Of a stretch of 24,501 nucleotides of DNA, positions 6,893 to 15,374 are shown piece by piece (positions within the stretch are counted from its first letter, which is position 1; every line of letters starts with the position of its first letter). Position numbers and translations under genes: made by a program. The stretch is from Candidatus Thorarchaeota archaeon (GTDB lineage: Archaea > Asgardarchaeota > Thorarchaeia > Thorarchaeales > Thorarchaeaceae): NCBI GenBank assembly GCA_048882485.1, contig JBHLRP010000049.1, positions 1 to 24,501 on the forward strand, in the 5' to 3' direction. The notes beneath the pieces are model-generated. The model ran no database searches, was not told the origin of the DNA, and worked only from the letters and a program-made list of their open reading frames with translations.

Positions 6893-9580
6893 TTGGATAG
6901 TCACGCATGGAGACGCGAAATCGATAAGGTCGCTGAAATTAAAGGAATGTTGATTCAGCTCAACAAATCCCTTGAAGACCAGACTGACAGAACCGTGCGC
7001 CATTTATATGACACACTGGCGAAGTTCGCAAAGTTCGAGAGTGATGCAGGTTCAGCAGGTTTCATGAAAAAGAGAAAGTTAGTATCACAGATGGAAACGA
7101 CCAAAAATGCTCTCGAAGAGGACTTCATGAGAGCAGTCAGGGATTTCTCAGATTTACTCCGCAAGGAGCATCGAGAAACCGCAGCGGTTCTTCCAAAGCT
7201 TCAAGCACAGAAACCCAACGAGGCGAAGGCAATCAGCGTGTTGACTTTTCCATCAACTGGAACAGGGGATGCCAAAGACCTAGAAACTCTCCTGACATTT
7301 GCTAAGAATTTCTCAAAGCTCACAACAGGTGTCCATCATGACCTTGCTAGGGAAGTCAAAGAATTTCTTGACGAGAGCAAACGAATCGTTGAAACCTATG
7401 AGAGGCATATTACCATAGATCGAGGCGAAGTTGCTTCCACTTTGTCATATGAAGATGTAGCCCATCTGCCAGTAGGGGACATCATCGGGCTATCAGACAA
7501 ACTTAAAGCTGAACGGACATATCTCGATGGGCGAAAAGACGAAGTAAGTAAGATGATTGGAACCGCATTGATAACAGAAGTAGAGTCATTGCAGGCGTCC
7601 GTTGAAACAGCCTCCAGATTGGGTCTAGAACTGCCAATGGACTTTGGCCAGCAACTCAGAATTATTGCAAGGGATTCATCGAAGACAACTAATCTGACTT
7701 CACTCATTGCTTTAGAGAATCAGCTTCACTCTGCAAAGGTAAAGATGTCAAATCTTCTCAGGGACAGGATTATCAATATGAAGCACGAAGTTACTTCCAA
7801 TATAGTCGAAGGCGGCATTCCTGTCACTGCAGCAATCATCCCTGAAGCACCTATCGTGGGAGTGGAATCAGAGGATGTTGCCAGTCAATTATCAGGCTAT
7901 CAAAAGATGGTTGAATGGGAATCTCAAGTGAAGATATCCCTGAAAGACCATGTAGAAGAGGTTTTGGAGGAAATTGAAAAAGCCACTGATGCCCCAGATG
8001 ATACCGGTATCAAAGATGCCGTTGAGGTCAGAAAGTGGATTGCTGATGCCAAAAAGAGCTTGAAGAAGCAAGAGATAGACGCCATGGTTGCAACCTACGT
8101 GAAAGCAAATGGTATGCGTGAAGAATACCGAAAGAACCTGACAGATACCATTCGAAGCTACATAACTAGATTCAATGAACTTGCCACTTCAGCAGATCGA
8201 GTTTTGGATTACGCCCAGCTTAGCAAAAAAGCGCCGAAAGTCGAAGACCTTGAGGGAGGCATAGTCTATCTGCTCCAATCATTAGCAAGTCTTCGCGTAG
8301 CTGTTGAAGATGGAGTTGCTACATTCCGAGATGCTTGCAAGCAAGAGATCGAAGTCATTGTTGAGGACCTTCAGACGATCAAGCCTGCATATGCAGAGAT
8401 CTTTATGCCAATCATTACCGAGCTTGACGAAGGATCCATGAGAATAGAGAAACTGAACGACTTCGGAGAAATCAGGTCTGAGATGAGGACAATCAAGGAC
8501 ACAATTCTTGTCAAGGCGCAAGAGTCATTGGAAAATCTTCGTTACAGGCTTGGGGTCAAGATTCGACTTGCTGCTGCAAAGCTTATGGGAGCTGGTGTTG
8601 AGATTCCCAAGGAGGCCCAAGAAGCTATTGGTGAACTCAATAGTATAGGTGTGGCCGCTGACACAGTATTCAGTCTACCTGCGATTGCTCGCAAAATGGT
8701 TGAGCTATATGAGCACAAGATAAGCGCCGAAGTTATTGAGTCACTGAAAGAAGAGGTAGCCAAACTCCAGAAATCATTCGATCAGGCACACGCGATTGGA
8801 GTTCCAGTAGACAATGAGTTGAAACTGCTGAAGAAGTTGCGGGATACTCCTCCAGAGGAACTCGAATCCGCTGCAGACTCATTTGACCAGCTCATGGGTC
8901 TAACCACATCACCAGATGTGCACAAGAAGATCAAGACTCGTGCAGAAGAAGCGTACCGCCAGATTCAAGGCGCCGTATCAATCTTTGAGGAACAAGGCAT
9001 GTCTGACTTTGTTGGTCGTCTAAAGGGACTGCTGGAACAGGTTCCAGATCAACTCGCCAAGGACTCAAAGCACATCTTCGAAGTGCTTGATGTGTGTTTG
9101 ACATTAGCAAACATCCAAGATGAAATGTTGCAGGTCATAAAGGGAATCGCGACCAAGGATGGAGAAGCACATCAAGAAGAGATTAAGAAGCAGTCGGAGT
9201 ATTACTCAACTATCGAAGCAGTCTACAATAAGCATCCCAAGGACTTCAGTAAGCTCATATTCCCACTCCAGAAGCTCAAGAAGCTTGAGACTGACCTAGC
9301 TGAGGCCAAAGCACTTGAGGATGCTATTGAGAGCTTTAACGAACTCAAGGGACTTCGATTGGAATGGGTCGAGAAAGCGGCAAAGATGGATGACTGGCAC
9401 AAGTCCATGAAGGTCTTTATGACAGGTTTCAGTCCATCGGGCACATCCGACCAACGTGAAACATTCCTTACTGATGCAATCAAGAAGGTCAAGGAAACAT
9501 ACAGCAGAGAGGACATCAGTTCCTATCTGACTTGGGCGATTCGGGAGATTGCCGATAGAATGGTAGAGAAGAGAGGTTAG
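6893..9580 (+). CDS. Large all-alpha protein built of ~65-aa helical repeats (rod-like); first gene of tubulin-like operon
   Basis: 895-aa ORF; TTG start after GGAGGT SD; E/K/L/A-rich amphipathic helices punctuated by G-hydrophobic turns at aa ~244, 308, 372, 568, 636, 702; no Walker motif, no TM segment. Confidence 0.85.
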   Translation: MDSHAWRREIDKVAEIKGMLIQLNKSLEDQTDRTVRHLYDTLAKFAKFESDAGSAGFMKKRKLVSQMETTKNALEEDFMRAVRDFSDLLRKEHRETAAVLPKLQAQKPNEAKAISVLTFPSTGTGDAKDLETLLTFAKNFSKLTTGVHHDLAREVKEFLDESKRIVETYERHITIDRGEVASTLSYEDVAHLPVGDIIGLSDKLKAERTYLDGRKDEVSKMIGTALITEVESLQASVETASRLGLELPMDFGQQLRIIARDSSKTTNLTSLIALENQLHSAKVKMSNLLRDRIINMKHEVTSNIVEGGIPVTAAIIPEAPIVGVESEDVASQLSGYQKMVEWESQVKISLKDHVEEVLEEIEKATDAPDDTGIKDAVEVRKWIADAKKSLKKQEIDAMVATYVKANGMREEYRKNLTDTIRSYITRFNELATSADRVLDYAQLSKKAPKVEDLEGGIVYLLQSLASLRVAVEDGVATFRDACKQEIEVIVEDLQTIKPAYAEIFMPIITELDEGSMRIEKLNDFGEIRSEMRTIKDTILVKAQESLENLRYRLGVKIRLAAAKLMGAGVEIPKEAQEAIGELNSIGVAADTVFSLPAIARKMVELYEHKISAEVIESLKEEVAKLQKSFDQAHAIGVPVDNELKLLKKLRDTPPEELESAADSFDQLMGLTTSPDVHKKIKTRAEEAYRQIQGAVSIFEEQGMSDFVGRLKGLLEQVPDQLAKDSKHIFEVLDVCLTLANIQDEMLQVIKGIATKDGEAHQEEIKKQSEYYSTIEAVYNKHPKDFSKLIFPLQKLKKLETDLAEAKALEDAIESFNELKGLRLEWVEKAAKMDDWHKSMKVFMTGFSPSGTSDQRETFLTDAIKKVKETYSREDISSYLTWAIREIADRMVEKRG

Positions 9581-9599
9581 CTGAAAGGGGACACAAACA

Positions 9600-10985
9600 A
9601 TGCTACGAGGAACATCGAGTGATGATGATCTGACAAAGGCCGCGGAGGTCTTTGCAATTGGGATTGGTGAGTGTGGGAGCAATATTGTAGGCTCCTATCT
9701 GAAAGCCAGTGAGGATAGGAAACTGCCTTCCAGAGTCAGAGGCTATTTGCTCATGAACACTGATAGAGCAGACCTTACCAAGGTGAGACAGAAGTATGGT
9801 ATCCCCAAGGAGCATACAATGCTCTATGGTGCATCAGAAATAGGCGTTGGTGGAAGATTCATGGACGGATATAATGCCGTCCTCGAGTCGAAGGACATCA
9901 TCTTCGAACAGCTCAAAGACCTAGGATTCGAAGGAGTTTCGGGATTCTGCATCTTTACAAGCCTTGGTGGTGGTACAGGTTGCGGCGGAACTCCCGCCAT
10001 AATCGAACTGCTAAAGCAGAGATTCCAAGAAGAAGAAGGGCGGCGAATCTTCGTTTACGTTGTAGGCATTTTGCCATTCGAAGGACAGTCGAGTGAGGCT
10101 CTGAACTCGATCTGGGCTGTATCCCGTCTTCTCAGGGCACAGCTCCAAGAACGCGGAGCAGACCTAACAATTCTCCTAAGCAACAGAACTATGCTAAAGC
10201 GAATCCTCCAATCAAGAGGAGCTGACAGTGTCGACTATCTTCAACGTGAGCTAGAGATTGATATTGCCAATGTCAACCAGATTGAAAGCATGGTACCATC
10301 CACTCTGGATGAGGGCGGCGAACTTGAGGCGCGAACTGAACAGGCATTTGTTGAGTTGGTGAACCCACTAGCATTAGATGTTGTTGAGGCAATGCTCTCG
10401 CCAGGAGTATATGAACCTCATAAGGATGTGTTCCCGACAACAGACCTTGCGGACTATGCAAGAAAGCTTGACCCTGTCGTTGTTCCAGCACTCTACACAG
10501 ATGTTGGATTGATACCGGATGCAGGCAGCATGCCAAAGCAACTCAAGACAATGATGGATTTTGCAGTGAAGGAATGCTCCTATGCTGATGTAGGTGCAGA
10601 GCCAAATGCAGAGAGTGTATACTATGTTTTCTCGGGCCCAAGGCACATCTCCAAAGCTGAATATGGAATGCACCTTAAGGAAGCACTCAATGGATTCATT
10701 GCACCTGGCGCTGCCATCACTCCATGCTATGTTCAATATAACATCAAAGATCCTACTACTAACCTTCTTGTTCTTCTTGGTCTGCCAAAGATTCCAGAGC
10801 TTGTACAAATCATCAACGAGGCAACACAACTCGTTAATCTTCACAGCGGTTCTTCACCACTCAAGCAGGGGTGGTTCATGCGAGCCAAAGGAACAAGTAG
10901 AAAGGAGCTTGTCGATGCCATTGCTGACTTCCGTGAGCTGTTCTCCTACTACATGACACCTGGAGATGCAGCTGAACCGATGTAG
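9600..10985 (+). CDS. Tubulin/FtsZ superfamily GTPase, divergent tubulin-like type
   Basis: T1 IGIGECGSNI, NTD, T3 GVGGRFMDG, signature SLGGGTGCGG (9960-9989), ILPF, T7-like TTDLADY, and C-terminal helices resembling tubulin H11/H12. Confidence 0.93.
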   Translation: MLRGTSSDDDLTKAAEVFAIGIGECGSNIVGSYLKASEDRKLPSRVRGYLLMNTDRADLTKVRQKYGIPKEHTMLYGASEIGVGGRFMDGYNAVLESKDIIFEQLKDLGFEGVSGFCIFTSLGGGTGCGGTPAIIELLKQRFQEEEGRRIFVYVVGILPFEGQSSEALNSIWAVSRLLRAQLQERGADLTILLSNRTMLKRILQSRGADSVDYLQRELEIDIANVNQIESMVPSTLDEGGELEARTEQAFVELVNPLALDVVEAMLSPGVYEPHKDVFPTTDLADYARKLDPVVVPALYTDVGLIPDAGSMPKQLKTMMDFAVKECSYADVGAEPNAESVYYVFSGPRHISKAEYGMHLKEALNGFIAPGAAITPCYVQYNIKDPTTNLLVLLGLPKIPELVQIINEATQLVNLHSGSSPLKQGWFMRAKGTSRKELVDAIADFRELFSYYMTPGDAAEPM

Positions 10986-11004
10986 ATGATGGGATGGTGC
11001 GGAC

Positions 11005-12093
11005 TTGACTGAAGGAACCAACATTGCAGAGGACCTTCTTGACAGAGTCCTCTTGATAGTGACTTTGAATTCAACTCTCCTTCATTTTCTTCTAAGCACC
11101 CAAGTAGACGGCACAGTTGATCCAGACAGAGTAGATTCATTGATTCAAGGACTCCTGAGAACTCGTCGATGGATGGAGGAAGCAACTGAACTGAAGAACA
11201 TAACTCCATCAACACAGAACATCATTAGTCTAATCGTAAAGAGACTCTCTCAAATTGAGAGCCTATTGCCAAAGCTTTCAGCTAGAGCAAAAGAAGCTGA
11301 GGCAAAGGGAGCTCCAGCTGCAGAAATAATCTCCCTATTGGATGATGGCGCTAAAGTAACGACGACAACAGCTGCAAAGACCTCATCAACAGCAACCGCA
11401 ACAAAGACAACGGCAGCACAGGAATCCGGCGTGATTCCTCTCATAGGGGAAGAGGAGGAACAGCCCCCAGAGCCTTATCGAAAGGTGGAAGTTGAAAATG
11501 ACGAATGGGGTCTCATAGGGCAGATGCAGAGGATGATTACACAATACAGCAAGAGATGCCATGTCCTTCTGCCGACATTCTGGGTTGATACTCTTCGGGA
11601 ACTCCACAAGTATCGGTCTGACTCGCCATTCTATGGAGATGTCATTGAAATCCCAGGTCGAGTTCTTGTTAAGATTGTGAAGGGGCTTCTCACGGAAGCT
11701 CCGGGAGCAAGACTTCTTCAAGATTTATCCAAAAAGCGCCCCCAAGAGAATTATCTGAATCCTTCTGAGATGGAGCGGATTGAACGCGCTGTGGCCAAGT
11801 ACTTTTCCGGCGTAGTGGATGTTCTTACTGAGAGCGAATTCAATGTGGATGAGAAGATTGGAGAGGCGCAAGCAAGTTTTGATTCATTTGGCTGGGGAGG
11901 CCCAGAGCTAGAGAAACGAATCATCAAGAGGATAAATCAGCAGGTCCAGGAAGCAATTCAGAATGCAGAATCTGCTAGTGACCCTCCAAGACAGGTAATC
12001 TATTCTGAGATTGCCAAACTCCTGACGAAACTTCAGCATGCAATCCTTGCAGAGCCTAGATTGAGAGAAATTCTAGCTCAAATGAAACCTTGA
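11005..12093 (+). CDS. Hypothetical helical two-domain protein with Thr/Ala-rich linker; third gene of tubulin-like operon
   Basis: 362-aa ORF starting 19 nt after the tubulin-like stop; helical aa 1-110, linker TTTTAAKTSSTATATKTTAA..EEEEQPPEP, helical C-domain. Confidence 0.8.
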   Translation: MTEGTNIAEDLLDRVLLIVTLNSTLLHFLLSTQVDGTVDPDRVDSLIQGLLRTRRWMEEATELKNITPSTQNIISLIVKRLSQIESLLPKLSARAKEAEAKGAPAAEIISLLDDGAKVTTTTAAKTSSTATATKTTAAQESGVIPLIGEEEEQPPEPYRKVEVENDEWGLIGQMQRMITQYSKRCHVLLPTFWVDTLRELHKYRSDSPFYGDVIEIPGRVLVKIVKGLLTEAPGARLLQDLSKKRPQENYLNPSEMERIERAVAKYFSGVVDVLTESEFNVDEKIGEAQASFDSFGWGGPELEKRIIKRINQQVQEAIQNAESASDPPRQVIYSEIAKLLTKLQHAILAEPRLREILAQMKP

Positions 12094-12168
12094 GACATTG
12101 CATGTCCAACAGCATATTTGATATAAGGAGCAACTTCAAAGGCGACTCAAGACAGTTGAGGGAAGTCC

Positions 12169-13575
12169 ATGTCAGGTCTCAAGACAATGCTTAATCCAAA
12201 AGTTACAGCTGTGGTTGGCGTTTCAACATCCAATCCATTTTCGCCGGGAAATGTTATCTTTAGGAAGCTCGCTTTCGAGAACGACCTCCCTACGTATCCG
12301 ATAAATCCCAAGGGGGGGTTTGTAGAGGGAAGACAGGTTTACAAGAGCATTAACGAAGCACCAGATGACATTGAGCTAGTCGTGATATCAGTCCCGGCGA
12401 GATACGTGCCTAGTGTTCTACAACAGTGTGCTGACAAGGGAATCAAGTCTGTGATAGTGGTTTCAGGAGGATTCAGCGAAGTTGGAGAGTCCGGAGCGTC
12501 TCTTCAAGACGAGATTGTGGAAATTGCAAACAGCAATGGCATCTCAATGGTTGGTCCTAACTGCATCGGTGTCTTCGTGCCGGACCAGCTAGACACATTC
12601 TTTCTACCATCTGAACGTGTTGCGCGTCCCAGAAGGGGATGCGTTGCGATAATAAGTCAAAGTGGAGGCTGGCTTGTAGAGAGACTTGAGGAATTCGCGG
12701 CTCGAGATGTAGGAATTGCGGCGGCCATTTCGATAGGCAATCAAGCTCAAACAAATGTTACTGACTTTGTTAGACACTTTGGGGAAGATCCGAAAACTCA
12801 CGTTATCCTAGCCTATATCGAAGGATTTGGCAAGGATGAAGGTAGGGCATTTGTCGAAACCTGCTCGAAGATTGCTCCAAAGAAGCCTGTAATTGCTTTG
12901 AAAGGGGGTGAGTCCGAAGCAGGCCATCGAGCCACTCAGAGTCATACGTCCTCACTTGCAGGAGATAGTGCAATTGCAGAAGCGGCTTTTGAGCAATATG
13001 GCGTGATTCATGCAATTGATGAAGACGAGGTAATGGCATATTCAAAGGTGTTCTCGACTAGGCCAAAACCAATGCCAGGGAGAGGCATTGGAACAATGAC
13101 CGTGAGCGGAGGTCACGGAGTAATAGCTAGTGACGAGGCTGCTCATTACGGTTTGGAATTTCCAGCATTTACCAAGGAACAACAACAGAAAATGAGAAGT
13201 GTTATGACACCTGCATATCAGGGGATTGCCTCATTTAGAAATCCTATCGACCTTACTGGTAGTGCTGCAGATGTTGATTATGAACGCGTCTTGGATGTAA
13301 TGCTTACCTTCGACTCTATTGATGCCGCACTGCTGCTGCTGCTTCCTTATGCGCCAGGAATATCTCTCCAGATAGGTGCAAGAGTCGCGAATGTTGCTAA
13401 GAAACATGCGAAGACTGTTGTCTCATATGTGCCAAACTTGGATAAGTATGAGGTCATTATTCGGGGCTTCGAACTGAATGGAATTCCTGTAGCGGATACA
13501 ATCGAGGAAGCGGTACAAATGCTAAATGGAATTCGGAAACGCTCAAAATATCTGAAAAGGATTGGAGCGCTCTAA
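12169..13575 (+). CDS. acdA: ADP-forming acetate/acyl-CoA synthetase alpha subunit
   Basis: CoA-binding domain (AVVGVS, YPINPK, SGGFSEVG, MVGPNCIG), ISQSGG, YIEG, LKGG, phospho-His motif SHTSSLAG, SGGHG and NPIDLTG. Confidence 0.88.
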   Translation: MSGLKTMLNPKVTAVVGVSTSNPFSPGNVIFRKLAFENDLPTYPINPKGGFVEGRQVYKSINEAPDDIELVVISVPARYVPSVLQQCADKGIKSVIVVSGGFSEVGESGASLQDEIVEIANSNGISMVGPNCIGVFVPDQLDTFFLPSERVARPRRGCVAIISQSGGWLVERLEEFAARDVGIAAAISIGNQAQTNVTDFVRHFGEDPKTHVILAYIEGFGKDEGRAFVETCSKIAPKKPVIALKGGESEAGHRATQSHTSSLAGDSAIAEAAFEQYGVIHAIDEDEVMAYSKVFSTRPKPMPGRGIGTMTVSGGHGVIASDEAAHYGLEFPAFTKEQQQKMRSVMTPAYQGIASFRNPIDLTGSAADVDYERVLDVMLTFDSIDAALLLLLPYAPGISLQIGARVANVAKKHAKTVVSYVPNLDKYEVIIRGFELNGIPVADTIEEAVQMLNGIRKRSKYLKRIGAL

Positions 13576-14696
13576 CCAGCGATCTTTTTGTAATCTATGT
13601 CTAAGGATTTGAGAGCATCAATAAGTTGACCGCTCAGAATCAGAGGTTTCTCGGCTAGATCATCGACTGCGCTGCAGCCCGTAAGATACATTGCAACCTT
13701 GAGACCCTCTAGAATCCTTTCTACTTCAACAACCACATCGAGGACAGAGCCCATTGCCGCAGGTCTAAGTAGAGGATGAGCAACGCCAGCTGCCATGGCA
13801 CCAAGAGATAGAGACTTCGCGATATCAAGGCCGTTTCGAATTCCACCAGTAGCGATTACATCAAGCTCAGTTGCATCTCGAACCATAATCACGCTCAGTG
13901 CAGTTGGGATCCCCCAGTTCCAAAAATCGAGTCCTAGCTTTGCTTTCAGGTCATCATCTTCCTTCACCGCCCTGAAGTACTCGACCGCGGACCAGCTAGT
14001 CCCTCCTACACCTCCGACATCAATGGCATCCACCCCAACAGATTCCAGTGATTGAGCTACCTCCCCTGAGATTCCAGCTCCGGTCTCCTTCACAAGCACG
14101 GGTACATCAACTAAATCCACTATGGAGGCGATGTTCTCCAAGGCTCCTTCTGAATTTGAATCCCCCTCGGGTTGAATTGCTTCTTGTAATGGATTGAGAT
14201 GAATTGCGAGTATGTCTGCATCAATCATCTCAACAGCATCAGGAGCCACATCAACATGAGTTGCGCCAATGTTTGCGATTACTGGGACTGATGGAGCAGT
14301 TTCTCTTACAACTCGGAAGGTATCTGCGAGTGAAGGATCCTCTACTGCAGCTCTTTGACTGCCAACCCCAATAGGTATTCTGAGCTCTTCTGCGGCCCCT
14401 GCTAGCTTCTTGTTGATATCATACGTCTTAGGGTGGCCGCCAGTCATAGCTGCAATGACAAGAGGAGCATGAGCACGCAGTCCCAAGAAATTGGTCGTGA
14501 GGTCAATCTTGTCTTTGTCAATCTCAGGCAATGCATTATGAATGAAGTTAATGTGCTCGAACATTGTAGAACGACGGCATTGTACATCCTCATCAAGACA
14601 TATCTCGATGTGCTCAATCTTCCTTCGTCGAGTCATAGAAGCTTCGGACAATTCATCCTCTAATATATCGTCTGTAACTGGCTCTCCTTTCGCCAT
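13572..14696 (-). CDS. fni: Type 2 (FMN-dependent) isopentenyl-diphosphate delta-isomerase
   Basis: RKIEHI, HNALPE, AMTGG, GVGSQR, NIGA, HLNPLQEAIQPEGD, VKETGAG, GGTSWSAVE, WGIPT and GGIRNGLD; start set at ATG 14696 (GGGAG SD). Confidence 0.95.
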   Translation of the reverse strand: MAKGEPVTDDILEDELSEASMTRRRKIEHIEICLDEDVQCRRSTMFEHINFIHNALPEIDKDKIDLTTNFLGLRAHAPLVIAAMTGGHPKTYDINKKLAGAAEELRIPIGVGSQRAAVEDPSLADTFRVVRETAPSVPVIANIGATHVDVAPDAVEMIDADILAIHLNPLQEAIQPEGDSNSEGALENIASIVDLVDVPVLVKETGAGISGEVAQSLESVGVDAIDVGGVGGTSWSAVEYFRAVKEDDDLKAKLGLDFWNWGIPTALSVIMVRDATELDVIATGGIRNGLDIAKSLSLGAMAAGVAHPLLRPAAMGSVLDVVVEVERILEGLKVAMYLTGCSAVDDLAEKPLILSGQLIDALKSLDIDYKKIAG

Positions 14697-14831
14697 AGGG
14701 TTATCTCCCTGTGAACGGACTGTGTACAAGGATGTTGATAGCCATTTTGGTTGAAACCAAATTCAATTGCCCGCTGCTTGTATGCAAAGGTTTTATTCAC
14801 GGTCACCAGGGTAGACATATTGGTGTAGACC

Positions 14832-15371
14832 ATGGAAGACGAGTCGAGGTTCAGAGTTGAGTCTCCTGACGAGGAGGAAAAGGAGAAGACTGGACTCCTT
14901 AAACCGCTTCCTGAATCTGTAGAGCCATCGGCAGCCCAGATAGAAAAAGCAGAACCAATTGTGAAATTGCTAGGGATAAGCATGACTGAAAAGCGTAGAG
15001 ACCGCTTTCTCTTTGTGTTGGTACCTATGCTTGCAGGGCTGATTGATGCCGCCATGTTTTCACAGATTATAGTGGCAAGACTTGAATCTACAGTACTCGT
15101 CACATTCGTCTTTCCATTGGTTGTCGCTATACCCATTGGTCTGGTGGTCGGAAGAACTAATCAAACCATTTTTGCTGCATTGTTGGCGACAGTCTTTTTC
15201 GTACTATTCTTTATGCTGTTCTTGATTAGCCCTGCTTTACTCTGGCCAGCACTCGACATTGGTCTGTTCCTACTGAACGGAGTGGTTGTAGCTGTCGTCT
15301 ACATGTTATTGGTTGTATTTGGATCACTCTTCGGAGCACTCATAGGAATCCTAGTTCGCGAGTTCCTCTAA
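14832..15371 (+). CDS. Hypothetical multi-pass membrane protein (~4 TM) with charged N-terminal extension
   Basis: Acidic/charged aa 1-57 followed by four long hydrophobic segments. Confidence 0.75.
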   Translation: MEDESRFRVESPDEEEKEKTGLLKPLPESVEPSAAQIEKAEPIVKLLGISMTEKRRDRFLFVLVPMLAGLIDAAMFSQIIVARLESTVLVTFVFPLVVAIPIGLVVGRTNQTIFAALLATVFFVLFFMLFLISPALLWPALDIGLFLLNGVVVAVVYMLLVVFGSLFGALIGILVREFL

Positions 15372-15374
15372 TAC

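Noticed and set aside
6893-9580. SMC/Rad50 or dynamin-like identity for the 895-aa protein
   Set aside because: No Walker A/B, ABC signature, zinc hook or GTPase motifs; STGTGDAK is not a P-loop.
11347-11420. ACA/GCA-rich stretch as a DNA tandem repeat or CRISPR remnant
   Set aside because: Explained by Thr/Ala codons of a protein linker; no regular repeat-spacer structure.
9600-12093. Plasmid/phage TubZRC partition system
   Set aside because: No small HTH TubR-like gene, iteron array or mobile-element genes; the context is chromosomal.
14660-15136. 158-aa minus ORF and the other short antisense ORFs within long genes
   Set aside because: Antisense shadows of well-supported genes, without motifs.
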